From positions 1 through 54,410 of the IMG/VR virus record IMGVR_UViG_3300029266_000978: 54,410 nucleotides of DNA, one strand, 5' to 3'. Below the pieces are notes generated by a model. It saw only the letters and a list, made by a program, of their open reading frames with translations. It was not told the DNA's origin and ran no database searches. This stretch comes from a virus. Lineage: Duplodnaviria > Caudoviricetes. Positions 41,101 through 48,374 of this stretch are shown piece after piece. Both the position numbers and the translations under genes were made by a program. Position 1 is the first letter of the stretch, and each line of letters starts with the position of its first letter.

Positions 41101-41683
41101 TTCTAGTTTACAATCAGCATTATTTGCAAGTTTAGCATTAGGCGATGACGAAGAGGAAATGGATAAGAAGGAACTTAGAATAGCAAATTCAATGATGGAT
41201 ACCATACTTAGAGGTTTAGGTATTTATGGAGCTATAGTTTCTACTGGTAAAAATATAGTAATGGAAATTGATAAACAATCGAAAGCTGACAGACCTGATT
41301 TTACTAAGGCTGCAGACAAGGTTTTGGATTTATCACCTCCTTTATCTTCTAAGATAAGAAAGTTACAAAGTGCTGGTAGAGCATTTAGTTATTCTAAGAT
41401 TAGAGATAGAATGGTTGGGTATGGCTTAGATAATCCTGCTTTTTATGCAGGTGGCCAAGTAGTGTCTGCTTTAACAAATCTTCCTGTAGATAGAGCTATT
41501 AAAAAAGCGGATAATATAAGAGTAGCTATGGATAATGATACTAAATTATGGCAATCAATAGCACTAATGTTAGGTTATAGTCAATGGGATTTAGGATTAA
41601 TTGAAACAGGACCTAAGAAAAAAGGTTTTGGAAAAGTAAAAGAGTGGAAAAGAAAGTGGAAAAAGTCTAATTGGAAGAAATAA
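35135..41683 (+). CDS. Large polyvalent internal virion / ejection protein
   Basis: 2182 aa with a glycine zipper (GAGATAGAGAGAGVGALFGG), zincin HEVLH, a PD-(D/E)xK-like segment and a helical C-terminal domain. Confidence 0.8.
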   Translation: MAENILKNIWNELSSKGKTDSDFDSWQTNLNENEDVQANVYNYLKDNDYTKSEFSEWKSNALVAKTNDSASANPSVESGKKDTGFKSENTLSDSPIEKNTWLENFLGEKEDAEDKLFGLVDFVSDTYRAVKSGISTGASVDESFDLFNKGSNMSDQEVEDLIIAGRRVENAGMSKEQLEASAKMAKLKEEGYTGMGAFMGAYWDNPSALTSMFVSSLSMMAASFIDSGEVRASSAAGSGAGATAGAGAGAGVGALFGGVGALPGAAIGAKLGAVSGAMSGITAAMETGLTTAQLLQESAEETGVEWGAMDDKQRIAYVRELTSDKERFNDITNKALARGLTIGSVDFAVNMATFGTGKLVFGAVSKSAASALTKPITGLAAGSVETVGSGFGEYLGQKAAGQEYNFEEIALEAFADKSATIVTAVKGMKKGNPSYSINGQKMNGKQMSDALKIMDDLSYVKADIKIDDSPAVQKIVDNRRQNISADQQVDSRINDVKDRTEAIKLTKEYDKLKGNREGNKTKLAQIQEKLTIISDKYTNSQIDATIDQRQKAVAEAVETKFEESFNKNVKALTDAQEEIGVEPVVFENDESFYSETSKELNITEEYLKENAVDGIFVGNGKVYINKAQAKRSINIATGNTGAISVASHEVLHPIFNALIGGAKTQGEFVKQFRTRMTGKQKTYVDAQLKERGYTKEVTGIELMNIFSDGIIKNEITYDQTFFEKLGDNIIRLFKGQGFDKLSFDNGKEVYNFLKEYNTSIKAGKLSDKAISTIKKAEVEKKTKVADAKLLQEEQFSKTLTPEQSAETSADIANIKKLAEENAALAKKYNKEPIKSPKQTRLEQKVLSSIKEIIDKVVTNRTKALYDPIADDAKRNVTRDSFKESMRSDIEAMVLNEYNGSQELEKFIVNRSYLRANDLAKRLGIESQEDGGIKSDVDSAKNITNTKDEQTIDRSGTVERGQATFDELDIVDDKLISEIESELDRELKTRASKGTLSEMISVKRGREIYLISWLENYIDKTLFKKILKKWGAIGESKGKVVIPAGYIDFLNSKKAFDIVTKALPIKTIKKSYSNLFKIERLGRELTPEGNPIYKIPPINKKTFLTYFLDGKKNTILERQKQLAREIITPVTKELIAEYATEENISKLVARQSIAPETAVDIANKIVIDAQINDLESKIDRYKGETKGFDIIQFSKNNNLQGSDLRDKKGTYNIYAASRLDADSAAFLKFPARIKNFIYDLIDKGRLTGNAFGGVVYESLVLKTLKSAARNIPGLSIITKDKKGQQGSKGYDSTGGGDIDIVFTKKNGKKIKILLEIKKNAKVRFGQVTLGIEDGIVILRKNGDKLDPTTIPGGVSLVARAQEGSANLQKILDIVNKEEGTNIKSIPLKTSISKKTYEKAVNSKPYKDFIKLTEELDKSRVADHYNKKGVYYIQIGGKGLYFMGKDIHNLGVPELDASFRGTVRVKRGSVQQKGTVYMSLISEPKIVASTLKNSPYTLETKEGIEKVFNQPLLQLSRSLNEDFNDIVEGATNIDSKKRYSDAKGKVRGRNKGKFKFFIPPSADDFAGLVSRLLGKGKKGDANAAWFKEKLFNPFAKGIRDFESYKQQTTAMVKALKKRVKNIPKGLSKIGDTGFTNEAAVRVYLWAKAGVEIPGLSKTDQKELIDLVENSPGLLGFANELEQAFNGYPEPDNGWLAGTVTTDIINMVNTAKRAEFLQEWQDNVDVIFSKENLNKLRAAYGDNYVEAMEDMLYRMKSGRNRPSGANKLTNKFMNWINDSVGTIMFFNTRSALLQTLSIANFINWGDNNPAKAAAAFANQKQFWSDFAMLFNSDFLKQRRSGLKNDVNADDIASAAESATNKSKAVLSSILKMGFLPTQMADSFAIAMGGASFIRNRINKYKSEGLDTKAAEEQAFLDFQEVAEETQQSSRPDRISQQQASPLGRIILAFANTPMQYMRLTKKAFLDLKNNRGDPKSNISKIVYYTFIQNVIFSSLQSALFASLALGDDEEEMDKKELRIANSMMDTILRGLGIYGAIVSTGKNIVMEIDKQSKADRPDFTKAADKVLDLSPPLSSKIRKLQSAGRAFSYSKIRDRMVGYGLDNPAFYAGGQVVSALTNLPVDRAIKKADNIRVAMDNDTKLWQSIALMLGYSQWDLGLIETGPKKKGFGKVKEWKRKWKKSNWKK
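35326..35389 (+). promoter_or_regulatory. Candidate -1 programmed ribosomal frameshift signal (A_AAG plus pseudoknot)
   Basis: In-frame GCA AAG, 6-nt spacer, stem GACTCTGCA/TGTGGAGTC, and loop GAATCC complementary to downstream GGATTC. Confidence 0.5.
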
Positions 41684-41689
41684 AAAAAT

Positions 41690-41851
41690 ATGAATTTAAG
41701 TGAATTGAAGTTGTATATTATAAATGGTAGCGCTATAGGCGTAACTACTTATACGCAAATTGAAGATTGGTTAAAAATAATATTGCTGGTTGTCACTATA
41801 GGTTATACTGTAGCAAAATGGTCATATGTAAAAAAGAAAGATAATGAATGA
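41690..41851 (+). CDS. Small holin-like membrane protein (53 aa, not in ORF track)
   Basis: MNLSELKLYIINGSAIGVTTYTQIEDWLKIILLVVTIGYTVAKWSYVKKKDNE; ATGA overlap with the endolysin. Confidence 0.7.
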   Translation: MNLSELKLYIINGSAIGVTTYTQIEDWLKIILLVVTIGYTVAKWSYVKKKDNE

Positions 41852-42198
41852 GATACTTTAAAATAGAAGAATTTGATTCGCCTGACGAACCAGGTAGCGG
41901 TGAGAATATGAGTAAAGAATTACTAGCTATGCTTGAAATTGTAAGAAAAATGTATGGCCCTGTAATTATAAATTCAGGATACCGTTCTATTGATCACAAT
42001 AAAAAAGTTGGTGGAAAAGTAACGTCATCTCATTTAAAAGGTTTAGCTGTTGATATTGCATGCAATAACTCAATAGATAGATTTAAATTAACAGGCATAT
42101 TAAGAAAGGTAGGCTTTACTAGAATAGGTGTAGGCAAAACATTTATTCATGCAGATATTGATAAAACAAAAACAACTCACGTAATGTGGGTATATTAA
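41848..42198 (+). CDS. Endolysin, peptidase M15A family
   Basis: INSGYR...HN..VGG..SSHLKGLAVDI...FIHAD zinc peptidase motifs. Confidence 0.9.
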   Translation: MRYFKIEEFDSPDEPGSGENMSKELLAMLEIVRKMYGPVIINSGYRSIDHNKKVGGKVTSSHLKGLAVDIACNNSIDRFKLTGILRKVGFTRIGVGKTFIHADIDKTKTTHVMWVY

Positions 42199-42206
42199 TA
42201 AAAAAT

Positions 42207-42611
42207 ATGAGAACAAAAGGAATTGGACCACAAGGATTAGGCTTATTAGGAAACAACGGTTATCACATAGGATCGCCCGCAAATTTTAAAGAGCACAAGA
42301 TGTATAGCAAATCTGGCAAAGAGGTTAATGCTGAAACAAATCAAGAACACTTAGATTTAAAAGAAGATGGCTACGGCCATGAATCTCCTGCTAAATGCTG
42401 GAAAGGTTATAGTCGAGTGTCTGGCACAAAGAAGGGTGCTAAAGGTAGTTGTAAAAAAAGCGGTGCTCCGGTAAAAATAAGAAAAGCAGCAGGAAGTAGA
42501 AAAAATACTCGTGAAGCAGCGGAAGTTGAAGTAAAGAAAACATCTAAGTTTATGCGTAAAGCCGGGAGTAGGGCTTCAGGAGGTGGTCAAGATAGAAATG
42601 TTACTGAATAA
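42207..42611 (+). CDS. Basic hypothetical protein with SPA / CWKGY motifs
   Basis: Start at 42207 avoids overlap; contains GSPANFK, ESPAKCWKGY and GAPVKI. Confidence 0.65.
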   Translation: MRTKGIGPQGLGLLGNNGYHIGSPANFKEHKMYSKSGKEVNAETNQEHLDLKEDGYGHESPAKCWKGYSRVSGTKKGAKGSCKKSGAPVKIRKAAGSRKNTREAAEVEVKKTSKFMRKAGSRASGGGQDRNVTE

Positions 42612-42644
42612 AAAAAGGGAGGCTAACTAAACCTCCCCATTTTT
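42610..42644. terminator. Bidirectional intrinsic terminator between the convergent blocks
   Basis: A-tract, GGGAGG/CCTCCC stem, T-tract. Confidence 0.8.
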
Positions 42645-42659
42645 CAACTAACTAACTAA

Positions 42660-44378
42660 CTAACCATCACACGCTACGCAATCTTCATTCATTGCTTGAG
42701 CGGCAATATCTCCACGTAGAACACTTTCTGTTCTAGTATAATATAAAGTTTTTACTCCATTTTTCCACGCATCCATATGCACTTTGTTAAGCCACTTAGG
42801 TGTTGCTTCACTTGGAAAAGCTAAGTTTAAACTTACTGATTGATCTATATACTGCTGTCTTAATCCAGCCTGCTTAACTAATTCTAATTGATTTATCTCT
42901 TTAAAAGTTTTAAAAACTTCTTTCGCAGGTATATCATGCCCAACTCTAATATCATTAAGTTGATCAATATCTTGTACGGAACCTCCGTCAGCAAGTATCT
43001 TATTCCATACTTCTTCATTATTTAATTTGTGTTTTCTTAATAACTTAACTAATGTAGGATTCTTCCTTATAAAAGTTCCTTTAGCGCTTTGCTCTGTAAA
43101 TACATTAGCAGCCCAAGGTTCTATCCCCGCAGAAACATTACCACTAAGCTTACTATTAGATACAGTGGGAGCAACAGCACGCAAATGAGTATTACGCATA
43201 CCAGTACCAACACACCAAAGAGGTTCACCATAGATCTCTGCAAGGTCCATTGAAGCTCGCTCACTTTCAATTTTAATCTGCGAAAAAATCTTCCTAGTCT
43301 CAAACTGAGATAATAAACCTTCGAAAGGAATACCTTTTTCCTGGAGATATGTATGCCATCCAAGTGCGCCCAATCCCAGTGCTCTCCCTTTTTGTGCAGA
43401 TCGAATAGAGTTTTCGAACCCACGTAAGCCTTTGGCTCTCTGAATAAATTCTTCCATAACGCCATCAAGAAAGAATATGGAGTCATATATAAGGTTAGTG
43501 TCTTTCCACTCTTCATACTTAGCTAAATTTAATGATGATAAACAACATACAAAACTATGGTTTTCATCTGTGTGTAATGTAATTTCAGAGCATATGTTTG
43601 TCATATGAACTTTTAATCCGTTTTGTTTATATGCTGGAGGATTAGCTTTATTAACATTTCCTTTAAACATAATATAAGGTTCTCCTGTTGCTTTACGCTT
43701 TCTAAGTAGCTTGCTCCATTTATTTCTAGATTCAGGATCTCCTTGTTCTAGCTTACGCATAAACTTATCTCCTACTACTGCACATTGATGCAAGTTAAGT
43801 GATTGTCTATTTACATCTCCTTTAGGTTCTCTAATCTCAAGCCAGTCTTCAAAATCCCCATGCTCTATATTCATATTAACACTCGCAGCACCTCTTCTAA
43901 CTGAGCCTTGGTTTGTAGCTAATATAGTAGAATCATATATTTTACAGAAGGGTACAACACCATCAGAAGTTCCATTTCCAGTTATTCTAGTTCCTGCAGG
44001 TCTTATTTGATTAATACCAATTCCTACACCGCCGCCGTGTTTAGCTAGCAACATCATTTCTAAATTCTTTTGACCTATGTCCTGGATAGAGTCTGCAACA
44101 TCAATGCCAAAGCAAGAGATAGGGAGGCCACGGTCAGTACCAGTATTACTAAGTACCGGACTTGCGAGGCATAACCATCCATTCCATATGTAACTAAAAA
44201 ACGTTTCAGCCATTTCAGGCTTATATAATCTACGAGCAACTGTTTTAGCGACTCTTTGGTATGCTTCTTTAGGCGTTTCTCCGTCGAATAAATATCCCCC
44301 GGATATAGTCTTCTTGTATACGTCTGTATTACCCCACGCAGGGTAATCTTCTCCTTTAATCCAGTTTTCATTCCACAT
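42660..44378 (-). CDS. nrdA: Ribonucleotide reductase class I alpha subunit
   Basis: LPISCF, NICSEI, VCCLSSLN, APTVSNS, KTLYY and C-terminal CVAC; no ATP cone. Confidence 0.95.
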   Translation of the reverse strand: MWNENWIKGEDYPAWGNTDVYKKTISGGYLFDGETPKEAYQRVAKTVARRLYKPEMAETFFSYIWNGWLCLASPVLSNTGTDRGLPISCFGIDVADSIQDIGQKNLEMMLLAKHGGGVGIGINQIRPAGTRITGNGTSDGVVPFCKIYDSTILATNQGSVRRGAASVNMNIEHGDFEDWLEIREPKGDVNRQSLNLHQCAVVGDKFMRKLEQGDPESRNKWSKLLRKRKATGEPYIMFKGNVNKANPPAYKQNGLKVHMTNICSEITLHTDENHSFVCCLSSLNLAKYEEWKDTNLIYDSIFFLDGVMEEFIQRAKGLRGFENSIRSAQKGRALGLGALGWHTYLQEKGIPFEGLLSQFETRKIFSQIKIESERASMDLAEIYGEPLWCVGTGMRNTHLRAVAPTVSNSKLSGNVSAGIEPWAANVFTEQSAKGTFIRKNPTLVKLLRKHKLNNEEVWNKILADGGSVQDIDQLNDIRVGHDIPAKEVFKTFKEINQLELVKQAGLRQQYIDQSVSLNLAFPSEATPKWLNKVHMDAWKNGVKTLYYTRTESVLRGDIAAQAMNEDCVACDG

Positions 44379-44379
44379 A

Positions 44380-44589
44380 TTATATTTCTAGTTTTTTCTC
44401 TGCAATATCTTCTGCTGCTTTTGCTTGTAGTTCAGAAATAGCATGATCATATCCAGGCATTAGTTTAATTGTTTCTAAAGTACCTATTCCTAAGTCTTTA
44501 AAGTTTTGAGCTTCTGCCATAAGATAATTTGTAATCTTACCTAAAGTCTCAATTTTGTTTTTCATTTCTAATAAAGTCTGTTCTTTCAT
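44380..44589 (-). CDS. Hypothetical protein between nrdB and nrdA
   Basis: 69 aa from ATG 44589 (MKEQTLLEMKNK). Confidence 0.7.
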   Translation of the reverse strand: MKEQTLLEMKNKIETLGKITNYLMAEAQNFKDLGIGTLETIKLMPGYDHAISELQAKAAEDIAEKKLEI

Positions 44590-44606
44590 TTTATTGTTTT
44601 TTAAGT

Positions 44607-45575
44607 TTACCAAATATCTTCATAGTCTTCACCTTCGCCTGCTTTCGAATAGTCGGTCGGACGAATAGCAAAAAAATCAGTGTGGGTAACGCCCCCGGTA
44701 AGATGATAAAACCAATCAAGGTTAGAAGCCGCCGCGGTGTCATATGCAAAATACGATCCCGGGTCAACATAACCCAATTCAACAAGTTTTTCATTTGTTC
44801 TCTTCTTTATAAAGTGTTTTAGATCTATTGCTTTAATGCCTTCAATATCACCCATTTCAAACATCTTATCAATATACTTAGTTTCTAATTTAACCATTGC
44901 TTCTGCAGCAGCTATTATATCTTCACGACATAAATGCAGTAATTGATTGTCTTCTTCACACATATGACGGAATAATTGACAACCCATCTTACTATGCAAA
45001 GACTCATCTCTTACAGACCATTTCATTTGTTGCCCTATACCTTTAAGTAAATTGCGTAACTGAAATGAATACAATACAGCAAAAGCAGAATATAAACTGA
45101 CACCTTCTGCGAACGCGCTAAAGACCGCCAATGATTTTGCGATACCAGAGCTAGAATTACCGCTGTAAGCAACCAAATTGTTAAACCGCTCAGCAGTAGC
45201 GGGTTCATGTAAAAAAGCTTCATAATTTTCTAATTTTAATGTTTCATTTAAATAGCTATAAGCTACTGCATGTACAGTCTCTTGCGAGCCAAACATCATC
45301 GCCATCTGTTGTATTTCGTGTTTAGGAAACCACGATACGACTTTCTGGGTCCAGTAATCTGAAACAGCGCATTCGGTTTGCGCGAATCCAAGAAGTATGT
45401 TCCCAACAAGGTGTTTTTCTTTTTCATCTAATTTTTCATTCCAATCTTTAATATCACTTTGCATGCTTATCTCGGTGTGTAACCAAAATGCTTGTGCTTG
45501 CTTTAACCATCCCTCTGTGTAGTATTCTGGATACTCAAAAGGCTTATACGCTACGCGCTCATCGAACAGTCCCAT
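44607..45575 (-). CDS. nrdB: Ribonucleotide reductase class I beta subunit
   Basis: ETVHAVAYS, EGVSLYSAF, RDESLH and TDFF...TDY motifs. Confidence 0.95.
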   Translation of the reverse strand: MGLFDERVAYKPFEYPEYYTEGWLKQAQAFWLHTEISMQSDIKDWNEKLDEKEKHLVGNILLGFAQTECAVSDYWTQKVVSWFPKHEIQQMAMMFGSQETVHAVAYSYLNETLKLENYEAFLHEPATAERFNNLVAYSGNSSSGIAKSLAVFSAFAEGVSLYSAFAVLYSFQLRNLLKGIGQQMKWSVRDESLHSKMGCQLFRHMCEEDNQLLHLCREDIIAAAEAMVKLETKYIDKMFEMGDIEGIKAIDLKHFIKKRTNEKLVELGYVDPGSYFAYDTAAASNLDWFYHLTGGVTHTDFFAIRPTDYSKAGEGEDYEDIW

Positions 45576-45733
45576 TATTTATAAACGGTTAAGGCTAGAT
45601 CAACAAAAGGTATGTATAGCACATACGTAGTTTGTTCTGATTCAGCATATGTTCTCATACCTAGGCATATACCTGGATAAGTTCCTAATTCTAGGATCCA
45701 AGCGCCTTTGTCTTCATCTTCTTTAAAATTCAT
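45575..45733 (-). CDS. Hypothetical protein (52 aa, not in ORF track)
   Basis: MNFKEDEDKGAWILELGTYPGICLGMRTY...YIPFVDLALTVYK; overlaps both neighbours (ATGA and TAATG). Confidence 0.7.
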   Translation of the reverse strand: MNFKEDEDKGAWILELGTYPGICLGMRTYAESEQTTYVLYIPFVDLALTVYK

Positions 45734-45894
45734 ATAATTCCATGTTTTTTTTGTAGTTCAACTATATCTTTATATTTAACCTTACCTTTAATTTCCCAGC
45801 TCCATTTAACAAACTTGTCAATTTGGCGCTCAGCATATTTTTGTCTGGCTATTTTTTTTGCTTGGAAAGGATTAACCTTACTGTCTCTTGACAT
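45730..45894 (-). CDS. Hypothetical basic protein (54 aa, not in ORF track)
   Basis: MSRDSKVNPFQAKKIARQKYAERQIDKFVKWSWEIKGKVKYKDIVELQKKHGII; fills the gap and has an ATGA overlap downstream. Confidence 0.65.
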   Translation of the reverse strand: MSRDSKVNPFQAKKIARQKYAERQIDKFVKWSWEIKGKVKYKDIVELQKKHGII

Positions 45895-46307
45895 TCTAAT
45901 TGATTTTGAGGTTTATAAATAGTATATCCTGGAAATTGAGTAGTAACTAATTGTTTAAATAGTTTCCATCGCATTGGGAATGACTCATTAGCTCTACCTT
46001 TTGTTTCAATTATAAAATCCTCACCTATAAAGTCTGGAGTATATTTAATAGGTAAAATTCTTTTCTCACCTCTATTTTTATAATCTCCTTTACCATTAGC
46101 TTGTCTTTCATAGACTTGATTTTCAAAATGAAAACCATTTAATAAAACAAAGGTTTCTCCTTCATATTTGCTTTTTATGCCCGCTTCTTTCATGGCTACG
46201 TACATATGCTTTTCAAGTCCTGAAGCAAAGTCAATACCATCATATGATACTTTCTTTGCTCTAACTGGACCTCGCTTGCCGCTCTTTCTTTTAAAAGGTT
46301 TTCGCAT
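45849..46307 (-). CDS. PD-(D/E)xK endonuclease (T7 endonuclease I / DUF1064-like resolvase)
   Basis: FASGLE...YTPDF...IIETKG; likely start MRKPFKRK at 46307. Confidence 0.85.
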   Translation of the reverse strand: MRKPFKRKSGKRGPVRAKKVSYDGIDFASGLEKHMYVAMKEAGIKSKYEGETFVLLNGFHFENQVYERQANGKGDYKNRGEKRILPIKYTPDFIGEDFIIETKGRANESFPMRWKLFKQLVTTQFPGYTIYKPQNQLECQETVRLILSKQKK

Positions 46308-46530
46308 CTTGTTCTTGTAAATCTTCTGTGTAAACTTCTTTAGCTTTTTGTAAATACAATACAGCATCCATAAGTTCTTCTTGTAAATGATTAAGCCATT
46401 CAAACATTGCTGCTGGATCTTGCTCAAGAGTTACGCCATACTTTTTAAAGCCTACGTCAGATCTTGATACAAACTTTGTTACAACTCTTTCTACAACTGG
46501 ATCTCTAAATTCTATTTGTTTTGTTTTCAT
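46291..46530 (-). CDS. Small all-alpha NTP-pyrophosphatase-like protein
   Basis: GFKKYGVTL...HLQEELMDAVLY with an EExxD acidic motif. Confidence 0.6.
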   Translation of the reverse strand: MKTKQIEFRDPVVERVVTKFVSRSDVGFKKYGVTLEQDPAAMFEWLNHLQEELMDAVLYLQKAKEVYTEDLQEQDAKTF

Positions 46531-47294
46531 TATAGTGTTTGTTTTACAAAGGTTCCATTAATCATATTACCCTTGCGATTTTTAATTACATCATAAGCTG
46601 ATGTTACGCAGTCTTCTATTCTAAGATCTTCTAATGCTGCTAAGTTAGTCAAAACTATTGTAATATCCCCTATTGCATCAATAGTTTCTGCTATATCATT
46701 CTTAAGCAAAGCTTCAGCTAATTCACCAACTTCTTCTACTAATTTTAAATATTGAGTTTTAGAATCACCTTTAGAATATATACCTTTATCTTTGGCCCAT
46801 ATTCTTATTGAATCATATATGTTTTCTTCTAATTCTTCTGGAATTTCAACAGTTGCCATCGCTACTTCAAAAGCTTTATTATAAATATAACATCTCTCTT
46901 TATTAAACATTGAGATTTTAGCGTTTGACATTATCCAATCAACAGCTGATGGTGTTACTTTAAATTTGCCGTGTGGTGTTTCCCATTCCATATCTAATTG
47001 ATCTAATAATCTGCCTTTTAATTTATTTAAAGGACACGGGAATGTACTTGTTTGTTCTGTAGAATTTATTTTCATTTTATTTGATTGTGTTAAATTTTTA
47101 TATGATTGTCTGTCAATTTTGTAACCATGGGCTTTTTGTAATTGTATTTCCATAGTTGATATATAATCTATATCCTCGCTTTCAAGTAAAACTTCATACT
47201 CGCCTTTAGCATATCCTTGCTGCTTAGTAACTCTTGTATAAAGATTACGTGTAACTCCAATTTTTTTACCGGGAATGTGATAAATATAATACAT
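46530..47294 (-). CDS. MazG-like nucleotide pyrophosphohydrolase with N-terminal extra domains
   Basis: C-terminal KLVEEVGEL...DAIGD...AYDVIKNRKG; N-terminal YYIY...KIGVT. Confidence 0.85.
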   Translation of the reverse strand: MYYIYHIPGKKIGVTRNLYTRVTKQQGYAKGEYEVLLESEDIDYISTMEIQLQKAHGYKIDRQSYKNLTQSNKMKINSTEQTSTFPCPLNKLKGRLLDQLDMEWETPHGKFKVTPSAVDWIMSNAKISMFNKERCYIYNKAFEVAMATVEIPEELEENIYDSIRIWAKDKGIYSKGDSKTQYLKLVEEVGELAEALLKNDIAETIDAIGDITIVLTNLAALEDLRIEDCVTSAYDVIKNRKGNMINGTFVKQTL

Positions 47295-47302
47295 AGTTTT
47301 TA

Positions 47303-48130
47303 TTATTTGCCAACACTTAACTCTGCTTTAATTGCAGCATAAGGATTGTAGTTATTTAATTTAATTTCGAAATCGCATGGTATATAAAGTGTTTGACTAT
47401 CTTTAGCTATAAACAAGCCTTCGTCTAATTCTAACTTAGGTAAAGCTCTATTTGATCTAGTTAAGTATAACCTAGCTTGATCTAAATGATTGTTGTATAA
47501 ATGACAATCACCTAACTGACCTATTAATTCTCCAGGCTCATATCCAGATCCTTTAGCTAACATCTCTAGTAGCAATCCATACATTGCTATATCATAAGGT
47601 AATCCTAAAAATACATCAGCAGATCTTTGTTGCCACATTAAATCTAGTTTACCCTTGTTTATATAAACTTGGAAAGCGTAATGACAAGGAGGCAATGCCA
47701 TTTCTTTTAGATCTTGCGGAGCCCACGCGCTAACTATTAAGCGCCTCGATTGAGGATCTAGCTTAATGCTATACACTAATGATTTAAGCTGATCTACGCC
47801 TTCAAAATCGCGCCATTGTTTTCCATAAACTGGGCCTAATGTTTCATCTGTTCTGCCTGATCTTTCATAATCAGGTCTCCAATACTTAACGCCGTTATCT
47901 TCTAAGTATTTTAAATCTGTTCTACCATTTAATATCCAAAGCAATTCTGTTCTTGCTGCATTAAAAGAAACTTTCTTTCCAGTTAATAAGGGGAACCCGT
48001 CAGACATCTGGTGTCGTATAGTTCTTCCGAAGATAGATCGCGTCCCAGTGCCTGTTCGGTCCTCCTTATCCATTCCTGTGTTGAGTATTTCTGATAGTAA
48101 TCCTCTGTATTCATTTTCTATGTTTTTCAT
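47303..48130 (-). CDS. thyA: Thymidylate synthase
   Basis: DRTGTGT, GPVYGKQWR, MALPPCH, QRSADVFLGLPYD and HLYNNH. Confidence 0.95.
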   Translation of the reverse strand: MKNIENEYRGLLSEILNTGMDKEDRTGTGTRSIFGRTIRHQMSDGFPLLTGKKVSFNAARTELLWILNGRTDLKYLEDNGVKYWRPDYERSGRTDETLGPVYGKQWRDFEGVDQLKSLVYSIKLDPQSRRLIVSAWAPQDLKEMALPPCHYAFQVYINKGKLDLMWQQRSADVFLGLPYDIAMYGLLLEMLAKGSGYEPGELIGQLGDCHLYNNHLDQARLYLTRSNRALPKLELDEGLFIAKDSQTLYIPCDFEIKLNNYNPYAAIKAELSVGK

Positions 48131-48374
48131 AATAGTATTTACAATATTCAAATATTTTCTGCCATATGACAGTCTTTTCATAACTCTCGGGACTTTGGTT
48201 TGTTGATCCTTTATTTGTTATAACAACATACCATTCAGTGGTAGACTTTGCTTTAGGTGCTATAGCTATGCCATTGTTTACACACCATCTATATGCTTCC
48301 CAATCTTTGGAATCATATCCGGTTATACCCATATCGATAGAACCTTTACGCTTCTTGCCTATACCACTACCCAT
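48111..48374 (-). CDS. Hypothetical protein
   Basis: 87 aa, abuts the primase stop codon. Confidence 0.7.
   Translation of the reverse strand: MGSGIGKKRKGSIDMGITGYDSKDWEAYRWCVNNGIAIAPKAKSTTEWYVVITNKGSTNQSPESYEKTVIWQKIFEYCKYYYEKHRK

Noticed and set aside
35135-41683. Possible crAss-type virion RNA polymerase
   Set aside because: No DxDxD catalytic motif was found. GDIDIV is followed by ExK and fits a nuclease better, and the phage encodes a sigma factor.
45849-45860. Possible frameshift at the A8 run ending the endonuclease gene
   Set aside because: The downstream frame has its own ATG (45894), so an ordinary overlapping gene explains it.
9528-48181. Longest-ORF starts in the track (9528, 11158, 13947, 14712, 42186, 44613, 46427, 48181)
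   Set aside because: They overlap upstream genes excessively. Downstream ATGs (9591, 11212, 13977, 14760, 42207, 44589, 46307, 48130) fit gene packing better.
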